64,000 nucleotides of DNA from an uncultured Gammaproteobacteria bacterium (GTDB lineage: Bacteria > Patescibacteriota > Patescibacteriia > Magasanikbacterales > GWA2-37-8): NCBI GenBank assembly GCA_964465205.1, contig CAYXJO010000003.1, positions 14,693 to 78,692 of the forward strand. Direction: 5' to 3'. Position 1 is the first letter of the stretch. Each line of letters opens with the position of its first letter. Both the position numbers and the translations under genes were made by a program. Positions 19,047-27,229 of the stretch are shown here, in pieces. A model generated the notes under the pieces. It did no database searches and was not told where the DNA came from. It saw only the letters and a list, made by a program, of their open reading frames with translations.

Positions 19047-19355
19047 TTAACGAACTAACGTGGCCAGAAAGACCAGGAACATCTCCACCGTCCACATGCC
19101 GACGATGATTCGCATCACCAGCCCTTTGCGACGGGACGGTAGAGTGGTAATGTATGCCACCATATCAACCAGCCCTAGGACGAGCCATGTCCAACGCTCG
19201 GATTGGAATCCGACGAATACCTCTGTCGGTCCGAACCAGACCGCATAGAGGGTTTTGAGAAAGTATAGAGGCGCGGCCATCGCGATGAACCCAAGAATGA
19301 ACTCGCCTCGCCTGGTCGCCATGATCTTCTCGACCCAAACCGTAAAACGCTCCAT
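19047..19355 (-). CDS. Small hypothetical membrane protein (3 predicted TM), GC-anomalous (~52% GC), probably horizontally acquired
   Basis: 102-aa ORF with hydrophobic segments FILGFIAMAAPLYF, WTWLVLGLVDMVAYI, MWTVEMFLVFLATL. Embedded in a 0.7-kb GC-rich island. Confidence 0.45.
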   Translation of the reverse strand: MERFTVWVEKIMATRRGEFILGFIAMAAPLYFLKTLYAVWFGPTEVFVGFQSERWTWLVLGLVDMVAYITTLPSRRKGLVMRIIVGMWTVEMFLVFLATLVR

Positions 19356-19384
19356 CCCTTCCTCCTTCGTTTCTGTGATTTGCT

Positions 19385-19484
19385 AAAACAAGATACATAC
19401 AATTTTGTTACCTTACGAGCCCGCATTAATTTGATTATTAATATTCGGGCGAGCTGGGTAATAAAATTGTATGTATCTTGTTTA
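19385..19484. repeat. Palindromic element copy A: perfect 21-bp inverted repeat (AAACAAGATACATACAATTTT) flanking a conserved ~55-nt hairpin core (inverted orientation relative to copies B/C); terminator of the GT4 gene
   Basis: Arms 19386-19406 / 19463-19483. Reverse-complemented core CCCAGCTCGCCCGAATATTAAT...ATTAATGCGGGCTCGTAAGG aligns with cores at 22262 and 61070. Confidence 0.6.
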
Positions 19485-20648
19485 CGCCTTAGCTGTTTTC
19501 AACTTCATCTCCGTTTTTCGTACCACCGCCGGACGCAAATATACCATTTCGGTACGCTCGGCAATATCTTGCCAATCGTATTTGCGCGCGACGATCATGC
19601 GATTTTTTCCACCGTTCTCTTTGCAGAGTTCGGTGTTTTTTAAAAGTGCGACTAATTTATTAGTAAGAGAATCAACATTGGTATTCGCAAACAAAAAGCG
19701 GCGATCATTTACAATCTCCATGTGTTCCGGGATGTCCGAAAGTAAAACCGGTTTGGCAAAAGACATAGCTTCCAAAACCGAAATCGGCAAACCCTCATTT
19801 TCGGAAGGGTGCACCAATAAAGCACAGTTGCGATATAAATTTTCTAATTTTTCACCACGTACCCAACCGGTAAACACAATACTTTTGTCGTTGCCGACCA
19901 TATCGTGTAATTCGTTTACGTAGCGATCGGTAAACACACCGTCACCGGCGATTACCAATTTATAGTCTTTCAAAAGTCCGCGGTATTTTTTTTGCGCATC
20001 TTTCCAGGCGCGAATCAAATAGTGAGCGCCCTTATGACGTACCAAGCGGGATACCATCAAAATATATTTTCCGGATTTCAAATTATACGGCATGTTTTTA
20101 TTAGCCGCTTTTAATTTTGGCAAATTGACACCATTGGGAATATAGCTAGTGTTGCACTGGTGTTCGTTCACACAATAATTATGCAAAGTTTTGGAAACAG
20201 TAATAGTTTCGTGCGGAAAAGTACAAGCCGCCATTTCACCCAAAGCCAACATGGTTTTGGCCACAAAACCCCATTTCTGATGATAGCGATCAATACAATG
20301 AAAAGTCGCCACCACTTTGATACTAGGGGCGAATACGCGCGGTATCCAGGCCATGAGTGATGGGCCCACGCCGTGGTAATGAATTACGTCTGGTTTTTGA
20401 AAAATAGCGTGAACAGTAGAAATAAAGGTATGAAAAATCGCATCCAAATTTTTGGTGTGGATAGTTGGAGTGTGAATAATTTTTACGCCTTTGTAAGAAG
20501 TAATTTTTTTCGGGGTGAACCAATTACGCGCATATACCAAAACCCCATGGCCGTTTTCGGCCAACTGCACAGACAATTCTTCTACGTGGCGTTCGATACC
20601 ACCGTAGACGGCTGGAATGCCTTTTTGTCCAATCATGGCAATTTTCAT
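19482..20648 (-). CDS. Glycosyltransferase family 4 (GT-B, Glyco_trans_4 + Glycos_transf_1 domains)
   Basis: N-terminal MKIAMIGQKGIPAVYGGIERHVEEL. C-terminal EGLPISVLEAMSFAKPVLLSD retaining-GT motif. Confidence 0.8.
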   Translation of the reverse strand: MKIAMIGQKGIPAVYGGIERHVEELSVQLAENGHGVLVYARNWFTPKKITSYKGVKIIHTPTIHTKNLDAIFHTFISTVHAIFQKPDVIHYHGVGPSLMAWIPRVFAPSIKVVATFHCIDRYHQKWGFVAKTMLALGEMAACTFPHETITVSKTLHNYCVNEHQCNTSYIPNGVNLPKLKAANKNMPYNLKSGKYILMVSRLVRHKGAHYLIRAWKDAQKKYRGLLKDYKLVIAGDGVFTDRYVNELHDMVGNDKSIVFTGWVRGEKLENLYRNCALLVHPSENEGLPISVLEAMSFAKPVLLSDIPEHMEIVNDRRFLFANTNVDSLTNKLVALLKNTELCKENGGKNRMIVARKYDWQDIAERTEMVYLRPAVVRKTEMKLKTAKA

Positions 20649-20863
20649 AAGATGAGATTTAGGTCTCGCGTTTATTCAATTTAACATACAAGTATAAGCC
20701 AACTTGAAATGTCACGTCGCTCGTAAATGGAAAAATGAATTTTCCCATTTCCTCGCGACTTGCCATTATAGCACAAATTAGGGGTCTTGTCAAGGGTTTT
20801 TAATGGATTTTGGCCGATATTAGCCAAAAACCAATAGCGGACAAGGTACTTGGGGGCCTCTGG

Positions 20864-20892
20864 TTGACTTATGTGGTAAAATAACATATAAT
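20864..20892 (+). promoter_or_regulatory. Strong sigma-70 promoter for tRNA-Val (TTGACT-17-TATAAT)
   Basis: TTGACT 20864-20869, 17-nt spacer, TATAAT 20887-20892, ~12 nt before the tRNA 5' end. Confidence 0.6.
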
Positions 20893-20904
20893 ATTTCTAC
20901 TTTC

Positions 20905-20978
20905 GGGTGTTTAGCTCAGTTGGTTAGAGCATCGCGTTTACATCGCGAGGGTCGAGGGTTCGAGCCCCCCAACACCCA
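20905..20978 (+). tRNA. tRNA-Val (anticodon TAC)
   Basis: Cloverleaf. Acceptor GGGTGTT/AACACCC. D-arm AGCTCAGTTGGTTAGAGC. Anticodon stem TCGCG/CGCGA with loop TTTACAT. T-arm GAGGG-TTCGAGC-CCCCC (one A-C mismatch). CCA not encoded. Confidence 0.88.
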
Positions 20979-20983
20979 CAAAA

Positions 20984-21017
20984 AACCCATCTAGTTGATG
21001 GTGTTTTTTTGTTTTTT
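20984..21017 (+). terminator. Weak intrinsic terminator after tRNA-Val (CCCATC-TAGTT-GATGG + T-rich run)
   Basis: 5-bp stem then TGTTTTTTTGTTTTTT. Confidence 0.4.
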
Positions 21018-21025
21018 GTGATAAA

Positions 21026-22231
21026 ATGTATTCAGCATTATCCATAAATAAAAATACTATGATCGCAGATCGTCCCATAGTTTTACATAAAGGTATTTAC
21101 AAAAAAATTGCCACCGTGCCGGAAGCAGTGTTTATGATTACCGGTATGACCATTGGTGCTGGTGTGTTAGGCTTGCCGTTTGTGGTGGCGCAAGTCGGGC
21201 TCAAAGTCGGTTTAATTTATATTTTTGTACTTGGTATCGTCATGCTGTTTCTCAATCTCATGATGGGTGAAATTGCCGTACGTACCAAGGAGTCTTTGCA
21301 GCTGCCCGGGTTTGCCGGAAAATATTTAGGCAAATGGGCGAAATACTTGCTTTCTTTTACAATAATTTCCAGCTCCATCGGCGTTTTACTCGCATACATA
21401 GTGGGTGAAGGCGAGACGCTGGCGGCATTGTTGGGTGGCGATCCGATGTATTGGAGTGTTGGATTTTGGGTGGTGGGCAGTTTGTTTGTGATGCGCGGCT
21501 TGCAGACAATAAAAGGAATAGAAAAAGTCTTGAGTATTTTGGTGATGGCGATTATTGCGGCGTTGTCTTTTTACTTTTTACCAAAAATGGATCCCGGTAC
21601 ATGGTCGTTGGTGGATTTTAGTAAAATATTTTTGCCATACGGCGTAATTTTATTTGCATTGCACGCTACGCCGGCAGTAGTAGAGGCGCACGCGCTTTTG
21701 CCCGGAAGCCAAATGCATTTTCGACGCGCGGTAATGATTGGTACTCTGGTGCCAATGGTACTGTACATGCTGTTCGCGGCCGCAGTGGTGGGTGTGGGTG
21801 GCCGGGCTACCACTCCGGTGGCCACTATTGGCTTGGGTGCTTTTTATGGTGGTTGGGTGATGGTGGTGGGTAATTTATTTGCCGCACTAGCAATGGGCAC
21901 GGCTTTTATGGGCATGGGTATGGCGCTCAAACAGACTTATACTTGGGATTTAAAAATTAATGTGTGGCTGGCCAACGCACTGACGTTGGTAGTACCGCTT
22001 ATTTTGTTCGTCTTGGGACTCAAAAATTTTGTGGCGATTTTGGACGTAGTCGGTGGTGTGTTTATTGGTATTGAAGCAATTATGATTGTGGCGATTTGTA
22101 GTGCGGCGCGACATCGCGGTGATATCGACGGTACGCGTTTTGGTCTCAAATATTTTTGGCCGATTGCGGTGCCGGTACTGATTGTGTTTTCTCTTGCTAG
22201 TTTGATTAGTGTGGGGAAGTTATTGTATTAA
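21026..22231 (+). CDS. Amino acid permease-like transporter (11-12 TM; aromatic amino acid/Aa_trans-type)
   Basis: Polytopic hydrophobic 401-aa protein. N-terminal ITGMTIGAGVLGLPFVVAQ motif typical of Trp/Tyr-permease/Aa_trans families. Confidence 0.55.
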   Translation: MYSALSINKNTMIADRPIVLHKGIYKKIATVPEAVFMITGMTIGAGVLGLPFVVAQVGLKVGLIYIFVLGIVMLFLNLMMGEIAVRTKESLQLPGFAGKYLGKWAKYLLSFTIISSSIGVLLAYIVGEGETLAALLGGDPMYWSVGFWVVGSLFVMRGLQTIKGIEKVLSILVMAIIAALSFYFLPKMDPGTWSLVDFSKIFLPYGVILFALHATPAVVEAHALLPGSQMHFRRAVMIGTLVPMVLYMLFAAAVVGVGGRATTPVATIGLGAFYGGWVMVVGNLFAALAMGTAFMGMGMALKQTYTWDLKINVWLANALTLVVPLILFVLGLKNFVAILDVVGGVFIGIEAIMIVAICSAARHRGDIDGTRFGLKYFWPIAVPVLIVFSLASLISVGKLLY

Positions 22232-22239
22232 AAATAAAA

Positions 22240-22338
22240 AACAGACCGGTATTAACATTTTAGTGCCCAGTTCGCCCGAATATTGATTTCAAATCAACGT
22301 GGGCTCATAAGTCACCAAAATGTTAATACCGGTCTTTA
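22240..22338. repeat. Palindromic element copy B: 19-bp perfect inverted repeat (AGACCGGTATTAACATTTT) flanking conserved core; bidirectional terminator between convergent genes
   Basis: Arms 22243-22261 / 22317-22335. Core AGTGCCCAGTTCGCCCGAATATTGATTTCAAATCAACGTGGGCTCATAAG. Confidence 0.6.
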
Positions 22339-22356
22339 GTTTTACTAAATTCCCAA

Positions 22357-24102
22357 TTATTCCGTCACCAAATATCCAGCCTCGTATCCCAGATCATCTT
22401 CGGGCAATTGGTTGTTCAAATTCGGCGCGGACAGAGAAAAGTTTTTCTCGGTAAATTTATCGGTGGCGGTAAAAGAAATATTTTTTATCAGCGCAATGTC
22501 GTGGTCGACTAGAGTGGCAGCAGGCGTGACTGCGACTTCGAAATACAAACCAGTAATACTATTGGCGGGAATGGCGGTGTGCCCCCAGGTAGCGGCCTGT
22601 GCAATTTCGTCGAGCGTAATTTTTGGTCCAATACTCACGCTTTGTTTGCCGGTAAATTCCACGCCGGGTGAAAGGGTCGCGCTAAAGCGCGCATTTTTGA
22701 TTTCGTTAGTGGTATTAAGTACCTGTACAAAAATCCAATATTTGGTAGTTTCGCCCACACGTGGTGGTAGCACGCCGCGACCAACCTGATCACCTTCGGG
22801 GGTAAAATATCTGGTTTGAGCGGATAGTTTCAACTCAGTAGGAATTGGTAATTTGAGCGACTGTCCGGGATTGGCGAAATTTTGTCCGGCTAGCCCCGCC
22901 ACTTCGCCACCCACTACCGGTGTAATTTCCATATTAACATTTTCTTTTTGTCCCAAAGAAAAAGAGGGCAGTAGTTTGATATTTAATTCAGTGCTGTCTT
23001 CTGATGCGGGTTTGAGGCTGGCTAGTAGTGTACGCTTGTTTTTGTCGATTACGATTTCTCCCCCTTGCATGGTCAATCCGTTTAGTCTGGCGGTCGTTTT
23101 TGTGTCCACTACGTTTTCGGGTGTAATTTTAAGTTTAACCACGGCGTTTTTTATTTCGTACGCGCCGGTATTTTTCCAATTTACGCGCACCGGTAATATG
23201 GTGCCCGGTTCAGCATATCGGGTGTCATTTGCGATTACTGCTGATGACTGGGCGGTAGCGGATATTATATTTATGTTAGCGGTGTCGGTTTTTTGCACAA
23301 TCGTATTATTGTTGGCACTCACCGCTACGGTGAAACTGATGGTGCCCAAATCTTTTTCAACAACGATATTACCAGTGAATGGTCGCTTCTCGTTTGGGTT
23401 TAGTGCAAAGTCGGTAGAGGTGGTATCAAATGCCAGCGTTGGATTGTTGGTAGAAATTTTTATATGTTCGATTTTGTCCGCGCCGGTATTTTGAATGGTA
23501 TAAGTAAATGGCACAGTGGCACCGGATAGAGAAGTGGTAGCAATGTCCAGTTTGGTTTTGATAACCGTATCCGGTAAGTTGATAATCGCCGAAGCAGTTT
23601 TTTGTTCGGGCGGACGCTTTTCTTCTACTGGCTGATATGATAGATAAACTTTGAGCGGTGTGGCAGTGCCCGGGGTTGCCCACAGTGTGCCAAATATTTC
23701 CGCCGTACCTTTGCCGCCGGCTGTTATCGTACCCAAGTCGATCACGGATTGTTCGGATAAGTATGTTGCTGGCGTACGAGTGCGGTCAATTACGAATCCT
23801 GGTGGCAGATGGACGCTAAGTGCGGCAGGAGACAATTTGAATTTGGTACGGTTGGCGTAAGTTACTACCAGTCGCATCTGATCGCCGCTCTCTAGCCGCA
23901 TGTCACCCCAAGAAACACCAAGATCAATAAAACCAGATAAGCTGGGTTTCCAGAAAAAGAAAACCAACGACGCCCCCAGCATAATAATGGCGGTGGCCAA
24001 AAGTATCATGTCAAAAACAAACAGTTTTTTGGCATGACGATAAATCCCATAATAACGTGTATGGAAATGGCGATGACAAAAACCTAAAATTGGTTTAAAC
24101 AT
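22357..24102 (-). CDS. Large membrane-anchored extracellular protein (N-terminal TM, repeated beta-rich/Ig-like DUF11-type segments)
   Basis: 581-aa ORF. TM ILLATAIIMLGASLVFFFW near N-terminus. Remainder T/S/N/V-rich beta-strand-like repeats. Confidence 0.55.
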   Translation of the reverse strand: MFKPILGFCHRHFHTRYYGIYRHAKKLFVFDMILLATAIIMLGASLVFFFWKPSLSGFIDLGVSWGDMRLESGDQMRLVVTYANRTKFKLSPAALSVHLPPGFVIDRTRTPATYLSEQSVIDLGTITAGGKGTAEIFGTLWATPGTATPLKVYLSYQPVEEKRPPEQKTASAIINLPDTVIKTKLDIATTSLSGATVPFTYTIQNTGADKIEHIKISTNNPTLAFDTTSTDFALNPNEKRPFTGNIVVEKDLGTISFTVAVSANNNTIVQKTDTANINIISATAQSSAVIANDTRYAEPGTILPVRVNWKNTGAYEIKNAVVKLKITPENVVDTKTTARLNGLTMQGGEIVIDKNKRTLLASLKPASEDSTELNIKLLPSFSLGQKENVNMEITPVVGGEVAGLAGQNFANPGQSLKLPIPTELKLSAQTRYFTPEGDQVGRGVLPPRVGETTKYWIFVQVLNTTNEIKNARFSATLSPGVEFTGKQSVSIGPKITLDEIAQAATWGHTAIPANSITGLYFEVAVTPAATLVDHDIALIKNISFTATDKFTEKNFSLSAPNLNNQLPEDDLGYEAGYLVTE

Positions 24103-24167
24103 ATATTTAAAATAGTTGGTTGTATTATATCCGTAATTTCGTTTTGGGGCAAACCTGTAGGACGGGT

Positions 24168-24202
24168 AAATAAAAACCAGCGTGTCTATGACGACACGCT
24201 GG
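24168..24202 (-). terminator. Intrinsic terminator for the HTH regulator gene (minus strand)
   Basis: Perfect 10-bp stem CCAGCGTGTC/GACACGCTGG with 6-nt loop. On minus strand followed by TTTTTATTTA. Confidence 0.55.
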
Positions 24203-24214
24203 TTTGTGAATTAT

Positions 24215-24598
24215 TTAGTTGGGTTTCTCTTCTGTTTTTTCAGTTTCGTTTTTTTCTGTAATTGGTGTGGGGTTAGTTTGGGTTTTTTCGGTTTTGGGTT
24301 TGTTGGCCACAGATTTCGGGTTGGGGGAGTAAAGTGGGTTTTTGATCTTCCATTTATCCACAAATTGTCCGATGCCACGATTGGCCAGTTTGTTCTTTAC
24401 AGTCGTATGGCGTTGTGACCATTTTACCAGACTTTCAAAATTTAGTTTGTATCTACCGGCCACAATTACATAAGTAACTTCTTGAGCAGCTACAGCTCGG
24501 CGAATGGTCTGTGTGTTCACGCCAAATAGCCTGGCAGCCTCTGATACAGAGACCCTTACCAGCTCTTTGTTATCCGTCGGTTTAGTTGTCTCAGCCAT
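24215..24598 (-). CDS. Helix-turn-helix DNA-binding regulator (MerR/excisionase-like HTH at N-terminus, K/T/E-rich low-complexity tail)
   Basis: RVSVSEAARLFGVNTQTIRRAVAAQEV HTH. Located divergent from ECF sigma gene with palindromic operators in between. Confidence 0.6.
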   Translation of the reverse strand: MAETTKPTDNKELVRVSVSEAARLFGVNTQTIRRAVAAQEVTYVIVAGRYKLNFESLVKWSQRHTTVKNKLANRGIGQFVDKWKIKNPLYSPNPKSVANKPKTEKTQTNPTPITEKNETEKTEEKPN

Positions 24599-24601
24599 AG
24601 A

Positions 24602-24625
24602 TTTGTATAGATTAGTGTATACAAA
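24602..24625. promoter_or_regulatory. Operator-like palindrome A (TTTGTATAGATTAGTGTATACAAA), abuts HTH regulator start codon
   Basis: 22/24 match to perfect palindrome TTTGTATACACTAGTGTATACAAA. Confidence 0.5.
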
Positions 24626-24689
24626 TCATAGCACATTTTGAGTATTTTGTCAAGTACCCGAAGTCTCTTTTGGGCTATTTTCTATAAAA

Positions 24690-24713
24690 TTTGTATACAC
24701 TAGTCTATACAAA
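24690..24713. promoter_or_regulatory. Operator-like palindrome B (TTTGTATACACTAGTCTATACAAA)
   Basis: 23/24 match to the perfect palindrome. Confidence 0.5.
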
Positions 24714-24758
24714 TTTTAGTTTATCAGTAGTTTTTTAGCCAAAAAATAAACATCGAAG

Positions 24759-24782
24759 TTTGTATACACTAGTGTATACAAA
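24759..24782. promoter_or_regulatory. Operator-like palindrome C: perfect 24-bp palindrome TTTGTATACACTAGTGTATACAAA
   Basis: Perfect dyad symmetry. Third of three sites spaced 88 and 69 bp apart. Confidence 0.55.
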
Positions 24783-25036
24783 CGAGTATATATAGAAATA
24801 TATTGAAACCCAAATCAGTATATATAAGACAAAAGCATGGTATATTCCGCGGCTGTTTTTATCCACAGATTACCCTTTTTTGTTTGACCGAGGTGCTTTT
24901 TTCTGATAGTATTATGTTCACTTGAATATAGCGGGAAATGATAGTATTTCCTTTTTTTGGTAGTAAGTTCTAATAGTTGCAGAATTGGTGGTAACACGGT
25001 AACTGTAACATTTAATTAATTATTACGTCTTCTATA

Positions 25037-25582
25037 ATGTCCTCTATTTCCGAAAAATTATTACTGTACCGCCTGCAAAGCAAACACGACCCAGAGGCCT
25101 TCGCTGCCCTTTACGACGAATACATCAAACGAATTTACCGCTTCGTCTATTTTAAAGTTAATAATGCCACCGAGGCGGAAGATATCACTTCTGAAGTTTT
25201 TCTCAAAGCTTGGAACTATATCATTAATAATGATGGCGCGGAGATAAAAAGTTTTTCCGGTTTGCTCTATCGCATTGCGCGCAACAGTATCATTGATCTG
25301 TATCGTCATAAAGCGACGCACAATGAAACAGTGCTCGAGCCGGAACAAGAAATCGGCGATGGTGGAAAATGGTATGCCGACCTCAATAAACAAATTGACA
25401 ATCAGAAAATAATTCAAGCGATAAAAAAATTAAAACAAGAATATCAAGAAGTCGTCACTCTCAAATATGTGGATGAACTCCAGATAGAAGAGATTGCCGA
25501 GATCACCGGTAAGGGAAATATCGCGGTGCGCGTCACACTCCATCGCGCTATAAAAAAATTAAAAGATCTGGTAGGGGAGTAA
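25037..25582 (+). CDS. ECF-type RNA polymerase sigma-70 family factor
   Basis: Region 2 (YDEYIKRIYRFVYFKVNNATEAEDITSEVFLKAWNY) and region 4 HTH (EIAEITGKGNIAVRVTLHRAIKKLK). 181 aa. Confidence 0.8.
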   Translation: MSSISEKLLLYRLQSKHDPEAFAALYDEYIKRIYRFVYFKVNNATEAEDITSEVFLKAWNYIINNDGAEIKSFSGLLYRIARNSIIDLYRHKATHNETVLEPEQEIGDGGKWYADLNKQIDNQKIIQAIKKLKQEYQEVVTLKYVDELQIEEIAEITGKGNIAVRVTLHRAIKKLKDLVGE

Positions 25583-25613
25583 TAAATAAAATTTCAAGAC
25601 TTAAATTGCCAAC

Positions 25614-26963
25614 ATGTCACACGACATCAAAGCACAACTCAAGGGTCTGAAACACACCGCGGTGAATCCGCGTGAAGATTGGTTGCAAAACAACCGTGCT
25701 TTGTTGTTGTCTCAAGTACGCAATACCGTGGGGGCCAAACATGAATCCAGTTTCAATCTCAACCAGGTTTGGTCTGCTCTATCTATTTTCTTGCCAACTT
25801 CATTTGTATATAATGTTATGCGTCCGGTGGCAGTACTCGCCATCGTGCTTATGGTTGGTACTAGTGGTTGGATTGCGACCGTGGATGCTTCTTTTGAATC
25901 TCTGCCCGGTGATACTCTGTATGGCGCCAAGCGTGCAGTAGAGAAAACCCAACTTGCACTCACTTCTTTGTCTGGCAACAAAACCGCAGAGACCAAACTG
26001 CACGCCACTTTTGCTTTGCGTCGCGTATCAGAAGTGAAAAAGATTTCCGTGAGCAGTGATCCGGTGAAGCAAGCCAAAGTGCCGGAAGCCATGGCGGATC
26101 TCAAAACCGAAATTCAAGCAGTCAATAATAGCTTGGATCAAGTAAAGCCGGTGGTCAGTGCCGATACTATTAAAGATGTCAAAAAAGACACCGAAGAAGT
26201 CAAAGCCGTACTGGAAACCATTAAAGATAATTTACAAAGCGCGCCGATCAGCAGTGAAAGTTTGGCGGCTGTTTCCGAAGCCAAGGATTTGGCCAAAGAT
26301 ACTGCGGTCAAAGCCGTAGAGATTATTGTGGACAAACATTTGGCTGGTGATACCAGTGTGACCAAAGAAGAAGTGAAAAAAGAATTAGACAAAACTCTGG
26401 CCAGTGCCGCTACCGATATTACCGAAAACAAACAAAATATCGAAGGCGTGAAAACAATTGTCGATGCGGTGACTACCGAAGTAAAAGGTTTGGTGGCTGA
26501 TTCCAAAACCCTCAATTCATCTGTGTCCACCGGTACCGCTCAGAATCTCACTGCCCAAATGACCGAAATTGCATCCACCACCAAGGCCGCCGCCATTCAA
26601 ACTGATGCGGCCGCAGTTGATGGCGATAAAAAAATTGCCGAGGCCAAAATTTTGATTGGTAATAATGATCTGGCTCAAGCCGTAGCAAAAGTAAAAGAAA
26701 TCACCGCTGTGTCCAAATCAGCGGAAAAAATAAAAGATGATGCTTTGCAAACAGTGCAGAATGTTTTACCGATTGTAAGTGTAGTGAAAGACGCTCCGAT
26801 GCCGGTCTCACCAACTTCGACCAAGATTGAAGTGAAAATTGCCACTAGCACCGAAGTTACCAGCACTACTTTGCCGGTACAGATTATCGTATCTAGTACG
26901 GCACATACAGCGGCCAATACTATGGCTCCGGCAATGAAAGTAGTAGTGCCGGTGAAAAAATAA
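25614..26963 (+). CDS. Membrane protein downstream of ECF sigma (single TM, long A/K/T/E-rich coiled-coil ectodomain); possible anti-sigma factor
   Basis: TM VAVLAIVLMVGTSGWIATV at residues ~70-90. No zinc-finger anti-sigma motif, so function is inferred from position only. Confidence 0.4.
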   Translation: MSHDIKAQLKGLKHTAVNPREDWLQNNRALLLSQVRNTVGAKHESSFNLNQVWSALSIFLPTSFVYNVMRPVAVLAIVLMVGTSGWIATVDASFESLPGDTLYGAKRAVEKTQLALTSLSGNKTAETKLHATFALRRVSEVKKISVSSDPVKQAKVPEAMADLKTEIQAVNNSLDQVKPVVSADTIKDVKKDTEEVKAVLETIKDNLQSAPISSESLAAVSEAKDLAKDTAVKAVEIIVDKHLAGDTSVTKEEVKKELDKTLASAATDITENKQNIEGVKTIVDAVTTEVKGLVADSKTLNSSVSTGTAQNLTAQMTEIASTTKAAAIQTDAAAVDGDKKIAEAKILIGNNDLAQAVAKVKEITAVSKSAEKIKDDALQTVQNVLPIVSVVKDAPMPVSPTSTKIEVKIATSTEVTSTTLPVQIIVSSTAHTAANTMAPAMKVVVPVKK

Positions 26964-27229
26964 TAGTTTAAGTTTTGTCTTTCGCGGAGAGTGCAATTAT
27001 GTTGCGTTATCCGAGAGAGATAAAAGTTAGTCAGTTAATTACAAGTCTAGCAAAGGTCGAGGGAACATATAGTTCTCGTTAGGCTTTTTGTGCGGCGATT
27101 ATTGTGTAAACCGGCGTTGACCTCTCGCGCGAGCGAGAAAACAGCGCTGGGCGCGCAATGTCGTCGAAACTTTATTCGTTTGACGGGTCCTTCTGGGCAC
27201 GCGCAAGCGGATAAGGATTATTATTTACT

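Noticed and set aside
20681-20887. 68-aa minus-strand ORF upstream of tRNA-Val
   Set aside because: Overlaps the strong tRNA promoter; no motif. Likely non-coding promoter/leader region containing hairpins.
24600-24800. CRISPR array or transposon terminal repeats
   Set aside because: The repeats are three dyad-symmetric 24-bp sites at irregular spacing with no unique spacers and no cas or transposase genes nearby. Operator interpretation fits better.
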